From a virus (lineage: Duplodnaviria; Heunggongvirae; Uroviricota; Caudoviricetes), in the IMG/VR virus record IMGVR_UViG_2681813226_000023, positions 1 through 6,025 of that record: DNA of 6,025 bases. One strand, 5' to 3'. Below the pieces are notes generated by a model. That model was not told the DNA's origin and did not search any database. It saw nothing but the letters and a program-made list of their open reading frames with translations. Shown one piece after another: positions 5,113 through 6,025 of the stretch; within the stretch, counting starts at the first letter, position 1, and each line of letters starts with the position of its first letter. Both the position numbers and the translations under genes were made by a program.

Positions 5113-6025
5113 AAACATGAAAGGCGTGTCAGCAGTTCGCGCCGCCAGCGTGCTGGCATCGTGTAAATTTAGCCATGCTGACGCTATAGAGATGACGAAA
5201 AGAAATGATCCGGCAGTATCGAAATTTCTTGAAAAATCCATCGTCAACAGAATGACTACGGATAACATGCCGTCGCTGGTGGCAGAGCCGATAGTAAGAG
5301 AGCTTGGCGAGTATATTTTTTCGCAGTCTGTACCAGGCAAGCTAATCAGCAGCGCGCTTAATCTTCCGTTTGGCGCAAAATTGCATTCAATATCAGGCAA
5401 GGGTAGTAAATGGCTTAAAGAAGCCGAAGAAATCCCTGTCAAAGAGGGAGAAGTAAACGAAAGTGCGCTAAAATTGTGCAAACTTGGCGCTATTGTGATG
5501 CTGAATAACGAGCTAATCAAATTTAGCACCCCTGGTACAAATTCAGCGATCAGAGACTTGATCACATCGGAATCGGTGAAAGAAATAGATAAAAAATTTC
5601 TTTCCAGTGATCAGGAGGTGGCTGGCGTATCCCCTGAGGGCGTGCTTAATGGTGCTGATGAGGCCGAAAACTTCATAGAGATTTTCAAAAAGCACATAGC
5701 GAACGGTAACACGCTTTCCACGTCGTCGCTAATATTGCCCGTAGAAAACGCCTTACAGCTTACTGATGCTGAGTTCTGGCAGATAGAGCTTTTGAGAATA
5801 CCGGTAATTGTGAGCGAACAGGCGGATCGCATGATGCTGATAGACGCTCAAAAGCTGATTATTAACGTTGAAGCCACGGTTATAACCCCAACTGATGAGG
5901 CGGTAATAAAAACCGAATCAGGGGCGGTTAGCCTTTTCCAGAATGACGCTACAGCGTTCAGGGCAATCACCTATTGCGGATGGCAAAAACTCGATAAGGC
6001 CGTCACCGTTCTGGCGAAAAGCTGA
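5102..6025 (+). CDS. Putative HK97-fold major capsid protein, compact form (307 aa) without an obvious long N-terminal scaffold domain
   Basis: ATG 5102 preceded by GGAGGAGGAAG (5088..5098); alternative ATG 5117. Stop TGA 6023..6025. Central segment KWLKEAEEIPVKEGEVNESALKLCKLGAIVMLNNELIKFS...SAIRDLITSESVKEIDKKFLSSDQEVAGVSPEGVLNG follows the conserved HK97 gp5 pattern (KPES E-loop, ELL.D, G.G...EG.LN) as recalled from memory. Function is a hypothesis; the gene itself is well supported. Confidence 0.55.
   Translation: MICKNMKGVSAVRAASVLASCKFSHADAIEMTKRNDPAVSKFLEKSIVNRMTTDNMPSLVAEPIVRELGEYIFSQSVPGKLISSALNLPFGAKLHSISGKGSKWLKEAEEIPVKEGEVNESALKLCKLGAIVMLNNELIKFSTPGTNSAIRDLITSESVKEIDKKFLSSDQEVAGVSPEGVLNGADEAENFIEIFKKHIANGNTLSTSSLILPVENALQLTDAEFWQIELLRIPVIVSEQADRMMLIDAQKLIINVEATVITPTDEAVIKTESGAVSLFQNDATAFRAITYCGWQKLDKAVTVLAKS

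Larger units (their letters stand above)
1..6025. mobile_element. Fragment of a phage satellite / phage-inducible chromosomal island-like element (regulatory switch, pri-rep plus iteron origin, terS-like and capsid-like genes)
   Basis: Gene order and content: divergent small regulator, primase/helicase followed directly by an iteron array, then a TerS-like gene and an HK97-like capsid gene; all but one gene on the + strand. No integrase or att site is visible inside the window. Confidence 0.55.

Noticed and set aside
4191-5832. Minus-strand ORFs 4191..4505, 4630..4875, 5071..5565 and 5611..5832
   Set aside because: They are antisense to plus-strand genes with strong start signals and recognisable motifs (TerS-like, capsid-like); no SD sequences were found and their composition is hydrophobic and low-complexity.

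Overview
The window looks like the core of a phage satellite (PICI-like or P4-like chromosomal island) from an enterobacterial-type genome, read from sequence alone with no database search. A small leftward ribbon-helix-helix regulator gene (1..180) faces a sigma70-like promoter flanked by two 13-bp operator-like repeats. A rightward operon of three translationally coupled small genes leads into a 582-aa primase/helicase-type replication initiator with Walker A and B motifs (1487..3235). Immediately downstream is an array of alternating-orientation CTCTACC/GGTAGAG iterons with an AT-rich spacer (3249..3478), the expected position for the element's replication origin. After three small genes of unknown function come a GC-rich palindromic hairpin and tandem 12-bp AAAAGTTACAC repeats, then a terminase small subunit-like gene (4451..4939) carrying more copies of the same 12-bp unit, a small acidic ORF, and a 307-aa protein that resembles a compact HK97-fold major capsid protein (5102..6025). 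The most interesting hypothesis is a capsid-encoding satellite with a lambda-like cos/pac site upstream of its own terS. All functional calls rest on motif recognition and gene order and need HMM or structure-based confirmation.
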